Source: a virus. Taken from it: 51,627 nt of DNA. The notes beneath the pieces are model-generated. The model was not told where the DNA came from. It was given only the letters and a program-made list of their open reading frames with translations, and made no database searches. The stretch lies in the IMG/VR virus record IMGVR_UViG_3300031994_000147. One strand, given 5' to 3'. This document shows positions 15,665 through 23,096 of the stretch, piece by piece. A program made the translations under genes and the position numbers. Numbering within the stretch: position 1 is the stretch's first letter; every line of letters begins with the position of its first letter.

Positions 15665-16270
15665 ATGATAAAACTTGAAAATACAGAGGTTCACGGTATC
15701 GCAAGAGCCATATATTCAGCCCGGAATGCTATGAACTCATGGGATAAGTCGGACAGTGACTTTGTGACCGACACTCTGGGTGAGAACGATCTAAGGCTTG
15801 CGAAGAATCTTGTCAAAGCAGGCTCAGACCACTCGAAGTTCATGCGCATGATAAACGTAACTGTTGATATCACGGCTCCTATGTACTGGTGGAAAGAAGC
15901 AGATACATATAAGGTCGGTACGGTCCGGAACTCCTGCTCCACCATGCACAAGATCACGGAGAAAGAATTTGAGCTTGACGACTTCTCACATGAACACTTA
16001 AATGAAGATGTTATTAATAATCCATTCAATGCCATTATTAATTGTTTGAACTTCTTTAGAGAACTGTATATACAGAATCGAGACAAAGACGATTGGTGGC
16101 AGATCATACAGCTCTTACCTAGCAGCTACAATCAGCGGGCTACACTGCAGCTAAACTATGCGGTGCTCAGGAACATCTACCACAGCAGGAAGAATCACAA
16201 GCTTGACGAATGGCACGACTTCTGTCACTGGATAGAAAGCCTGCCTAACTCGGAGTTGATAACAGCATGA
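15665..16270 (+). CDS. Hypothetical protein, possibly a divergent ThyX-like fold
   Basis: DHSKFMRMINVTVDITAPMYWWKEADTYKVGTVRNSCSTMH loosely parallels the ThyX H.S.lEH..ftF.I...SR....Q..RHR..S....S.RY region, but the RHR motif is absent. Confidence 0.3.
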   Translation: MIKLENTEVHGIARAIYSARNAMNSWDKSDSDFVTDTLGENDLRLAKNLVKAGSDHSKFMRMINVTVDITAPMYWWKEADTYKVGTVRNSCSTMHKITEKEFELDDFSHEHLNEDVINNPFNAIINCLNFFRELYIQNRDKDDWWQIIQLLPSSYNQRATLQLNYAVLRNIYHSRKNHKLDEWHDFCHWIESLPNSELITA

Positions 16271-16551
16271 CATTTGCAGAGAAATTCGGTACATTCGAGG
16301 AATACCAGAAGTACACAGCTACTAAGGCACTCGAATACCAGAAGAAGGAACTTGAAGAGCTGCGGAAAGCAGCCACATTCAGTAACGACTATGCAGTACG
16401 GCAGAACATCGGACATGATGAAGTGCTGTACCGCCTTTCCAGAGCGGAGGAAGCAGTCAAGTATCTGACCAAGCTGCTTGAAGCAGACGGAGAGATAAAG
16501 GATCCTATCTATCTCGCGTACTGGGGCAAGCTCAAAGACAAGGAGTGCTGA
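16267..16551 (+). CDS. Hypothetical protein, 94 aa
   Basis: ATGA start/stop coupling with the upstream gene. Confidence 0.6.
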   Translation: MTFAEKFGTFEEYQKYTATKALEYQKKELEELRKAATFSNDYAVRQNIGHDEVLYRLSRAEEAVKYLTKLLEADGEIKDPIYLAYWGKLKDKEC

Positions 16552-16552
16552 C

Positions 16553-17053
16553 ATGAAGATAGGTAAAGGGATATTCTTCCGGGAAGAGAACTGGATGTGT
16601 TGGAGAGCTGAGGTTGACGGCTACGTATACTGCATTCAGGAAGTCAGGAACTTTGACCGTAACAAAGGGTACAAGATCGAGAAGCGGGACGGCGGTAACA
16701 CGTATGTGTACTACCTCACCAAGCACAAGAAAGGCTCTGAGGTAATTGAGGGCACACGTGCTCACGGACTGCGGAGAGCTATCATAGATGAGCTTAGGGC
16801 AGGCTCGGGTGTGTACAAGAACGAGGGTGACGATCAGTACTCGGTTCAGTGCGGAGAGGACACAAAGGTGTATACGTTCTGCCTGCATCAGATCGAGCGC
16901 GAAGGTGCCAAGCCGTGGGAGTACGACCCGGAAAAGACCGTGTGCATGATATGGCACAAATCTAAACCGATATCTGACTACTTCCCGACTTTGCGTGAGT
17001 GCCTTGCATACGGAGAAAATATGTTGTCCGATATGTTACCGAATAAACGGTAA
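16553..17053 (+). CDS. Hypothetical protein, 166 aa
   Basis: RBS AAGGAG upstream. Confidence 0.65.
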   Translation: MKIGKGIFFREENWMCWRAEVDGYVYCIQEVRNFDRNKGYKIEKRDGGNTYVYYLTKHKKGSEVIEGTRAHGLRRAIIDELRAGSGVYKNEGDDQYSVQCGEDTKVYTFCLHQIEREGAKPWEYDPEKTVCMIWHKSKPISDYFPTLRECLAYGENMLSDMLPNKR

Positions 17054-17069
17054 TAATAAACAAAAATAA

Positions 17070-17124
17070 TACCGATATTTCGGTAATAATGTCAATTGAT
17101 TATTACCGAAATATCGGATATAAT
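17070..17124 (+). promoter_or_regulatory. Second copy of the promoter/double-operator cassette: TTGATT(17096-17101)-17 bp-TATAAT(17119-17124)
   Basis: Palindromes TACCGATATTTCGGTA (17070-17085) and TACCGAAATATCGGAT (17104-17119). Collinear with 2077-2131. Confidence 0.7.
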
Positions 17125-17149
17125 ATACTTGTGCTTCGGAGGTGAAAGC

Positions 17150-17302
17150 ATGACGGAAGTTGCGTTATTCATTCTGGGCTGCGCCTTAGGTGCTCCCTTA
17201 GGTTTCTCAATATGTGCTCTTGCTGCTGCAAACGGCAGAAAAGAAGCTGAGAGAACTATCCGCAGACTTGAACGTGAATCCAAGAAACGTAAAGAGGAAT
17301 GA
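17150..17302 (+). CDS. Small membrane protein, 50 aa (start trimmed to MTEVALF)
   Basis: RBS GGAGGTGA 5 nt upstream. One TM segment followed by a basic tail. Confidence 0.55.
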   Translation: MTEVALFILGCALGAPLGFSICALAAANGRKEAERTIRRLERESKKRKEE

Positions 17303-17311
17303 GGTGATACT

Positions 17312-17440
17312 GTGGCTTTGGTAATTGTTATCCTGATCTCGGCGGCTGTCGCTCTGGCGTGGGCTCGCAGCATATCGAGCATAGACCCGCTGCTGATCGA
17401 GTACTACAAGGAGGTTGAAAACTATGAAGAACCAGGTTAG
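17312..17440 (+). CDS. Possible small membrane protein, 42 aa (GTG start; below the ORF-track cutoff)
   Basis: RBS GAGGTGA at 17301-17307. VALVIVILISAAVALAW is a TM segment. Fills the gap between neighbouring genes. Confidence 0.35.
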   Translation: MALVIVILISAAVALAWARSISSIDPLLIEYYKEVENYEEPG

Positions 17441-17753
17441 TATACTCGGTACGATATACCGTATCGAACAGAGGAACAGTAAGAACGATAAGGAACTTGA
17501 CGGACTGAGCGGGTATTGTAACCCACACACAAAGCTTATCGTTATTCGTACCGACTATGAGTTTGAACCTGACATATCAATGCTCAGGGAAGTACTCAGA
17601 CATGAGATAGTTCACGCATTTTTCTACGAGAGCGGGCTTTGGGACAGTTCAGACAGTACCTCAGCTTGGGCAACAAATGAGGAAATGGTGGACTGGATAG
17701 CAATTCAGGGCTTGAAGCTCTACAAAGCTTGGGAGGAAGCAGAAGCAGTATGA
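17424..17753 (+). CDS. Putative Zn-metallopeptidase-like protein (HExxH), 109 aa
   Basis: Contains LRHEIVHAFFYESGL. RBS AAGGAGG 9 nt upstream of the ATG at 17424. Confidence 0.6.
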   Translation: MKNQVSILGTIYRIEQRNSKNDKELDGLSGYCNPHTKLIVIRTDYEFEPDISMLREVLRHEIVHAFFYESGLWDSSDSTSAWATNEEMVDWIAIQGLKLYKAWEEAEAV

Positions 17754-18094
17754 AAAAGAAGAAACGGTTAAGTGATGAAACGGCGGCGGCAATATTCGCC
17801 TTTATATGGGAGGGCTTCCTTTACTTCGCTGTTATCACACAGCTTGTAACAGGAAGTGCACGTGGGTATTACTGGCTGCTGCTTGACACAGCGGTGCAGA
17901 TCACCATACTCATATACGATGCAAAGGTGCAGGCACTGGAAAAGTCACTCACCAAAACCAGAAAGCGGCTAGCTAAGCAGTCAGCGGAGTTCACGGAGTA
18001 CATCAAGACCCATGAAGCAGCTGAGAAGAAAACAGTAACCATATTTGACATCAAGCCTATAATCGAGCACCTTAAACGGCGTAAGAGTGCATAA
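17750..18094 (+). CDS. Membrane protein with coiled-coil tail, 114 aa (start trimmed to MKKKKRL)
   Basis: ATGA overlap with the upstream stop. Two hydrophobic segments. Confidence 0.6.
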   Translation: MKKKKRLSDETAAAIFAFIWEGFLYFAVITQLVTGSARGYYWLLLDTAVQITILIYDAKVQALEKSLTKTRKRLAKQSAEFTEYIKTHEAAEKKTVTIFDIKPIIEHLKRRKSA

Positions 18095-18115
18095 GGCAGG
18101 AACGGAGGAACTTAC

Positions 18116-18607
18116 ATGGATTTTTACAACTATATGCTGACCATACAGCAGGAAGTAATGAAAGCTTGCATCAAGAAAGGTGAAGCTATGCGCATTCAGA
18201 AAGATACGACATACGGTTACGTGTATATCGCAGACCCGACAGGTCAGTCAGCGTTAAGCGTACCTGACAGACTGTTCGTTCTCGACATCAATCACCCTGA
18301 CAGGCGTGCTATGCCGAACCTCGTGCAGATGTTCAATGAAGCTAAGAATTCTATGTGCATAGAGCTTACAAATGACATCTTCCAGACGAACCACGGCACA
18401 CAGCTCGTTAAGATGCGTGCTCCTGAGAGCGGTACGGAGATCTGGATAAACAGTAAGTTCCTCGGTTACTTCAAGGGCGTTAAGCACCTGAGATACGGTT
18501 ACTTTAAGTTCCGTGAATCATACATAGTATGCGCTTACCTCGATACCAATTTCACGGTGCTCGGAATAACAATACCCCAGAAGCCTAAGCGGGAGGGTCA
18601 GGCATGA
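18116..18607 (+). CDS. Hypothetical protein, 163 aa
   Basis: RBS CGGAGGAA upstream. Confidence 0.65.
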   Translation: MDFYNYMLTIQQEVMKACIKKGEAMRIQKDTTYGYVYIADPTGQSALSVPDRLFVLDINHPDRRAMPNLVQMFNEAKNSMCIELTNDIFQTNHGTQLVKMRAPESGTEIWINSKFLGYFKGVKHLRYGYFKFRESYIVCAYLDTNFTVLGITIPQKPKREGQA

Positions 18608-18858
18608 ACGGCGCTCTGATAGGGTGCTTACTCGGTAATCGAAGCACTGTATGCTGCTTCGACTGTGGAGATGAATGCACAGCCCTCCGGACTAAGCAGT
18701 GTGAGGGCTGCAAGTTCTTCAAAACACAGTACGAGTTCGACACAGCACATGAACAGGCAGCACAGCTCCTTTACTCTAAGGGGCTTGAAGCATACAGAAC
18801 ATCATACGGCATAATGACTACACGGAAGATAAAGGAGATCGCAGACGATGAACAGTAA
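18604..18858 (+). CDS. Cys-rich small protein, 84 aa
   Basis: CCFDCGDEC...CEGC cluster. ATGA overlap with the upstream gene. Confidence 0.6.
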   Translation: MNGALIGCLLGNRSTVCCFDCGDECTALRTKQCEGCKFFKTQYEFDTAHEQAAQLLYSKGLEAYRTSYGIMTTRKIKEIADDEQ

Positions 18859-19024
18859 TAAGCATTCAACGGCAGCACAGCTGCATATCGTAGCCAATGG
18901 CATAGTGCACGTGATGATAGCAGCAGGCGTAACAATAGCAGCTATACACTTCAACAGGATAGGTATTCTGTGGTTTTACCTTATTCCGCTGATAGGAATG
19001 AGCGCGGACTTCAAGGGGGAGTGA
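18848..19024 (+). CDS. Small two-TM membrane protein, 58 aa (below the ORF-track cutoff)
   Basis: The ATG at 18848 overlaps the upstream gene end. Sequence is MNSNKHSTAAQLHIVANGIVHVMIAAGVTIAAIHFNRIGILWFYLIPLIGM... Preferred over the antisense ORF 18866..19225. Confidence 0.5.
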   Translation: MNSNKHSTAAQLHIVANGIVHVMIAAGVTIAAIHFNRIGILWFYLIPLIGMSADFKGE

Positions 19025-19027
19025 GAT

Positions 19028-19303
19028 ATGCAGGCTACAATACACATTAATGATGAAGTAGAGCAGGCTTTCAGACAGGGCTACGCACAGGGGTACGCAC
19101 AGGCTAAGAAAGAAGCTGCACAAGCACTTGACAAGTTGGAGGATAAGCTTGACCGGGCATACTCTGATGCTGTTAACGATGCTCAGCACTACTGTAATTC
19201 GAGAGTTGCACAGGACGCGCTCCAAGATGCCTATGACAATGTCGAATGTTGGATAAAAAGAATACTCAACGGCGGAGAGGACGGTGACAACGAATGCGGT
19301 TGA
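19028..19303 (+). CDS. Hypothetical protein, 91 aa
   Basis: RBS AAGGGGGAG upstream. Confidence 0.6.
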   Translation: MQATIHINDEVEQAFRQGYAQGYAQAKKEAAQALDKLEDKLDRAYSDAVNDAQHYCNSRVAQDALQDAYDNVECWIKRILNGGEDGDNECG

Positions 19304-19596
19304 TAGATGCAGGAGCCCTGAAAGAGTATATGTGCAGCACTTGTCCTAACCGAGAGCGGTGCAGGGACACCGAGAACGTGTGCAGTACGATAGCAGACAT
19401 AGCTGAACAGCCAACGGTTGAAGCTGTTGGCAAGGAACGTTTCCATGAAGCGGCTCTGGAAGTGCTTCACAGTATAGCGAATGAAGCTGATTTCATGGGG
19501 CGGTACGATGATGCAGACCGTGCGCTGAGGGTGTTCGTTAACGCGATCGTTCTTGGCACACTCGAACATAGGCTTTTCGGAGGTGATTCAGAGTGA
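19294..19596 (+). CDS. Hypothetical protein, 100 aa (paralogue of the next gene)
   Basis: Shares MRxIDAxxLKE, the (Q/E)PTV motif and the L..LFGG C-terminus with 19593..19937. Confidence 0.6.
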   Translation: MRLIDAGALKEYMCSTCPNRERCRDTENVCSTIADIAEQPTVEAVGKERFHEAALEVLHSIANEADFMGRYDDADRALRVFVNAIVLGTLEHRLFGGDSE

Positions 19597-19937
19597 GACC
19601 AATTGATGCAGACCACCTGAAAGAGACACTTACCGAACTTGACGTAGAGTGTGCAGACCCTAAGTGGCGGAAGATCATGCTCGAAGCCATTCAGAACGTG
19701 TTTCCTGCACTAATAGATGATGAACCGACCGTCAAAGTGGTAACTGAGGAACAGTACAATGCAGCAGTCGTGAAATTACTCAGCGACCTGAGAACAAGAG
19801 CATACAGCACGGGTCTTTTCAGTACAGCAGACAAGGGTGTGCTCCTGTTGCTCGATGCTCTGATGAAGTGCTTACTCAAAAATGAACTATTCGGAGGTAA
19901 TGAGAATGAAAAAACCAACCACAGCGGTATGTGCTAA
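19593..19937 (+). CDS. Hypothetical protein, 114 aa (GTG start; paralogue of the previous gene)
   Basis: RBS GGAGGTGA. Same motifs as 19294..19596. Confidence 0.6.
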   Translation: MRPIDADHLKETLTELDVECADPKWRKIMLEAIQNVFPALIDDEPTVKVVTEEQYNAAVVKLLSDLRTRAYSTGLFSTADKGVLLLLDALMKCLLKNELFGGNENEKTNHSGMC

Positions 19938-20085
19938 CTGTAAGCACTGCACATATCTGCGCAGTCAGCTCGGCTACACACCGATATGCAGTCGGCGGTC
20001 GAACATACGCAAGGGCAGGATATGCGTTATCACATTCGATGTAACGACCGACAGGTGCAAGCATTGGAGTGATAACCATGAGTAA
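19906..20085 (+). CDS. Cys-rich small protein, 59 aa (start trimmed to MKKPTTAVC)
   Basis: RBS GGAGGTAA. CANCKHC...C...C pattern. Confidence 0.5.
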   Translation: MKKPTTAVCANCKHCTYLRSQLGYTPICSRRSNIRKGRICVITFDVTTDRCKHWSDNHE

Positions 20086-20290
20086 GAAGAAAAAGGACAA
20101 GCCCCAGAAGCAGAAAGGCAAGCGCCCATGCTTCAAGTGTAGGCTCTGCGGTTGTAGGTGGGTATCAGACTTTGACCCACACTGTTGGCTCTGTAATGAT
20201 GTACTGGGAATACCTCAGAACAAGGAAGCTGAAAAGCTGATAGATGATAGGAGTAAAAAAGATGGACGTTATTTTAAAGACGCAGTATAG
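20078..20290 (+). CDS. Basic zinc-ribbon protein, 70 aa (start trimmed to MSKKKKDK)
   Basis: CFKCRLCGC...HCWLC pattern. Lys-rich N-terminus. Confidence 0.55.
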   Translation: MSKKKKDKPQKQKGKRPCFKCRLCGCRWVSDFDPHCWLCNDVLGIPQNKEAEKLIDDRSKKDGRYFKDAV

Positions 20291-20600
20291 CGAACAGTTC
20301 GATAAAGAGCGTAAGGCTCGGGTGGAGGTATCGTACTTCAAGTACGGTCCCGCCCGGGACAACTTTGCAAGCGGCAGAGTTGACGCTCTGGCAACGGCTA
20401 AACGGTGCTTAGATGCTTTCGAGAAAGACCACAACACAGAACATCTGGTAGATGCAGCGAACTACCTTATGTTCAGATATATGTACCCTATGCCCGGTGA
20501 GTTCTTCGAGGCTACCGACAGCAGCGGAAGCGTGGGCACGGTAGGTACACCAATAAACATGGAGAGGGAGTATAGATATGACTATAAAACATATGAGTAA
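20262..20600 (+). CDS. Hypothetical protein, 112 aa (start trimmed to MDVILKT)
   Basis: RBS GGAG 9 nt upstream. The FKYGP...NTEHLVDAANYLMFRYMYP motif recurs in phage proteins of unknown function. Confidence 0.55.
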   Translation: MDVILKTQYSEQFDKERKARVEVSYFKYGPARDNFASGRVDALATAKRCLDAFEKDHNTEHLVDAANYLMFRYMYPMPGEFFEATDSSGSVGTVGTPINMEREYRYDYKTYE

Positions 20601-20826
20601 TTTTGTCTCTGGTATCATACAGTTGATTATTGGTGTCGGGCTTCTGATTACTTGCATACACTTGAACCGATTCAGCGTTGACAGAGTTATGTGCGTTATG
20701 CTGCCTACATTATGCGGTATAGGGAACATAATAGTGAGTATAGAGACAAAAGCCGAAAGGCGGAAAAGAAAAGCTGAGCTGAGAGAACTAGGTAAACTGA
20801 TGTTCGGAGGTAACGACAATGAGTAG
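20578..20826 (+). CDS. Membrane protein, 82 aa
   Basis: Two TM segments followed by a basic tail. Confidence 0.6.
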   Translation: MTIKHMSNFVSGIIQLIIGVGLLITCIHLNRFSVDRVMCVMLPTLCGIGNIIVSIETKAERRKRKAELRELGKLMFGGNDNE

Positions 20827-21049
20827 ACTGGAACACAGTTTTGAAAACGCTATCACCGCCATAGAGGACGGCAAGGACTACGACACATGGCGGTACGAGG
20901 AAATACCTCGGCTCAATGCTTCACCGTTCAACCATGACTGGGCGGTTCTCACTGATGAAAGCATAATCAACCTTAAGGACATCTGGGAGCTTGCAGTATA
21001 CACAGTATGCACTTACAAGCAGTCGTTAGGAGGTGCAGGGCATGACTAA
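20819..21049 (+). CDS. Hypothetical protein, 76 aa
   Basis: RBS GGAGGTAA upstream. Confidence 0.6.
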   Translation: MSRLEHSFENAITAIEDGKDYDTWRYEEIPRLNASPFNHDWAVLTDESIINLKDIWELAVYTVCTYKQSLGGAGHD

Positions 21050-21233
21050 TCAGGAATGGCTTGCTACACTTCCCGCTGAGGAATGCGCTAAGCTCCTGGA
21101 CGTATCATGTGACGTATGCGTACATCGTGAACTACGTCACTGTGATTACTGCGATTGTACCGACGGCATAGCCGAGTACTTGAAGCAGGAACACAAGGAA
21201 GTCAGAGAGGAAGAAGCTCATGAGGAATCGTGA
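21042..21233 (+). CDS. Cys-rich small protein, 63 aa (start trimmed to MTNQEWL)
   Basis: RBS GGAGGTG 6 nt upstream. CDVC...HCDYCDC pattern. Confidence 0.55.
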   Translation: MTNQEWLATLPAEECAKLLDVSCDVCVHRELRHCDYCDCTDGIAEYLKQEHKEVREEEAHEES

Positions 21234-21417
21234 ACGGTATATCGAGGGGCGTAATGCCTACGATCTGATGATAACAATGAGAGAACAGGGTATTGATGTA
21301 TGCCCGATAAAGCTTGTAGGTGCTGAAATGCCTAAGTGCATACCGACAGAAGATTACACGACAGACTGCAAGACCTGCATACAGCGGTTTTTGAACGAAG
21401 AATGTACAGAGAGGTGA
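21220..21417 (+). CDS. Hypothetical Cys-containing protein, 65 aa
   Basis: In-operon ORF with a purine-rich RBS. Confidence 0.5.
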   Translation: MRNRERYIEGRNAYDLMITMREQGIDVCPIKLVGAEMPKCIPTEDYTTDCKTCIQRFLNEECTER

Positions 21418-21424
21418 TAAAATA

Positions 21425-22138
21425 TTGGCGCTCCCAAAACTCGACTTAACCGGGCGTGAATTCGGAGACCTGACAGTGTTACGCAAGGATACACCATACA
21501 GGACACCCGGTGGAACACCTTACGCAAGGTGGGTGTGCCGATGCAAATGTGGCAAGGTCAAAAGCATTCGGGCTACGCACCTCGTGAATGGTAGAACAAA
21601 ATCATGTGGATGTATGCGAAATGTGTACCTGTCTAAGCTGATAGGGAAAACAAACAGATTCGAGGTTTTAGGCGAGTGCACGAGGGTGTTCACGTCTAAC
21701 TCCGAAAGCTTTATCATTGACACCCGAGATATTGATGCAATCAAAGACCTGTATTGGAGTATTGATAGCACAGGCTACGTGGTCAATGTGAAAACTGGAA
21801 AACGGCTACACGCTTTTCTCATGAACTGCCCGCAGGGGCTGTGCGTAGACCACATATCCGGTGACAAGAAAGATAACAGAAGATGCAACCTCAGAATCTG
21901 TACATATCAGCAGAATAGCTGTAACAGGCACAAATCGCCGCGCAACAAAACTGGTGTGTTAGGAGTATACAAGAACGCAAGGGGTAAATACGTCGCCCAG
22001 ATAAGAGCTAACGGTTTCAGACATCATCTAGGCACATTTGCAACTCTCGAAGAAGCGACAAGTGTGAGACACAAAGCTGAGCAGATGTATTTCGGCGAGT
22101 TTGCGGGTCAGTTATTAAACCAGGAGGAGAAACGATGA
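21425..22138 (+). CDS. HNH homing endonuclease with AP2 DNA-binding domain and N-terminal CxC...CGC zinc module (TTG start)
   Basis: HNH_3-like VDHISGDKKDNRRCNLRICTYQQN. AP2-like TGVLGVYKNARGKYVAQIRANGFRHHLGTFATLEEA. The N-terminal DLTGREFGDLTV...WVCRCKCG...SCGC is paralogous to 15163..15660. Confidence 0.8.
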   Translation: MALPKLDLTGREFGDLTVLRKDTPYRTPGGTPYARWVCRCKCGKVKSIRATHLVNGRTKSCGCMRNVYLSKLIGKTNRFEVLGECTRVFTSNSESFIIDTRDIDAIKDLYWSIDSTGYVVNVKTGKRLHAFLMNCPQGLCVDHISGDKKDNRRCNLRICTYQQNSCNRHKSPRNKTGVLGVYKNARGKYVAQIRANGFRHHLGTFATLEEATSVRHKAEQMYFGEFAGQLLNQEEKR

Positions 22139-22338
22139 TACGATGCGGAGTATGCGGTGAGCGGATAAAGCCCACCAAAGAAGATGTGTACCTTGTTCCG
22201 GTTAGCGTGATGAACCTCAGCTCGCAGTACTACGAGTGCACGGACTGCCCGCGGTGCAGCTGTCAGGTGGTACTTAATACCCGCTACGGAGAGAAGCGGA
22301 AGATAGAGCACACCAAGCGGGAGGGCACAAAACCATGA
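22135..22338 (+). CDS. Zinc-ribbon protein, 67 aa
   Basis: CGVCGE...CTDCPRCSC pattern. RBS CAGGAGGAG. Confidence 0.6.
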   Translation: MIRCGVCGERIKPTKEDVYLVPVSVMNLSSQYYECTDCPRCSCQVVLNTRYGEKRKIEHTKREGTKP

Positions 22339-22679
22339 TATACAGTATAGGTTTCTGGACGTGGACGGCAAACGGTACAGAGGGCACGCTCCACGAGTAC
22401 AACGGTCAGAAGTATATGCACGTTGACGGTAATGCCGGCAAGATGCTGAAAGAGCTCTGCGGTGAGTATCCGTCCCGGTGGGCGTGCAGATCAGCCAAGT
22501 ATATGCTGCCTATCTTCCGGACGGCTCTGCAGGAGCTGACAGAGCATTCCGCGAAGTACAGTTACTTCGACTTTATCAACGGAGCATTTATGACGACCGC
22601 AGAGATAGCGGTCATTCTCAAAGAACTGATAGCACGGTGTGAAGCATTCCCCGATGCGGTATTGGAGGTAGACTGGTAA
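22335..22679 (+). CDS. Hypothetical protein, 114 aa
   Basis: ATGA coupling with the upstream gene. RBS GGGAGGG. Confidence 0.6.
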   Translation: MIYSIGFWTWTANGTEGTLHEYNGQKYMHVDGNAGKMLKELCGEYPSRWACRSAKYMLPIFRTALQELTEHSAKYSYFDFINGAFMTTAEIAVILKELIARCEAFPDAVLEVDW

Positions 22680-22680
22680 C

Positions 22681-23043
22681 ATGGAGAAGAAAGTAGATAT
22701 GTCAAGGTTCGAGAAGTACGAGAGCCCGCTCTTTCACAGGCAGACACTTATTGAGACGGATAAGTGGGACACAAAGATACTTCTCGACACAATAAAAAAG
22801 AACGGCACCGATGCTCAGATCATCGTTGCTATGGAAGAACTGTCCGAGCTCATTAAGGAGCTGAGCAAGCATCTGAGAGATAAGGGCGATATCAACCACA
22901 TATCTGAGGAAATGGCAGACGTTGATATCATGATGCAGCAGTTAAAGATCATGTTCGGCAATCGCCCCAAAGTGTCAATGTACCGCACTGAGAAGTTAGA
23001 GCGGTTAGCTGAGCGGTTAAAGGACGACAGCGCAGGATATTAA
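22681..23043 (+). CDS. MazG-like nucleoside triphosphate pyrophosphohydrolase, 120 aa
   Basis: The paired motifs MEELSELIKELSKH and EEMADVDIMMQQL correspond to the EExxE...EExxD metal-binding helices of all-alpha NTP-PPases. Confidence 0.7.
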   Translation: MEKKVDMSRFEKYESPLFHRQTLIETDKWDTKILLDTIKKNGTDAQIIVAMEELSELIKELSKHLRDKGDINHISEEMADVDIMMQQLKIMFGNRPKVSMYRTEKLERLAERLKDDSAGY

Positions 23044-23052
23044 GAATATAAT

Positions 23053-23072
23053 GCCCTCGCTCCGGTGAGGGC
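23053..23072 (+). terminator. Hairpin after the MazG-like gene (weak terminator candidate)
   Basis: GCCCTC-GCTCCGGT-GAGGGC followed by TTAACAT, which is a poor U-tract. Confidence 0.35.
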
Positions 23073-23096
23073 TTAACATAAAGGAGTGTAGTCATT

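Noticed and set aside
18866-19225. 119-aa minus-strand ORF in an otherwise plus-strand operon.
   Set aside because: It overlaps two better-supported plus-strand genes (18848..19024, with a coupled start and TM segments, and 19028..19303, with a strong RBS). It has no RBS of its own.
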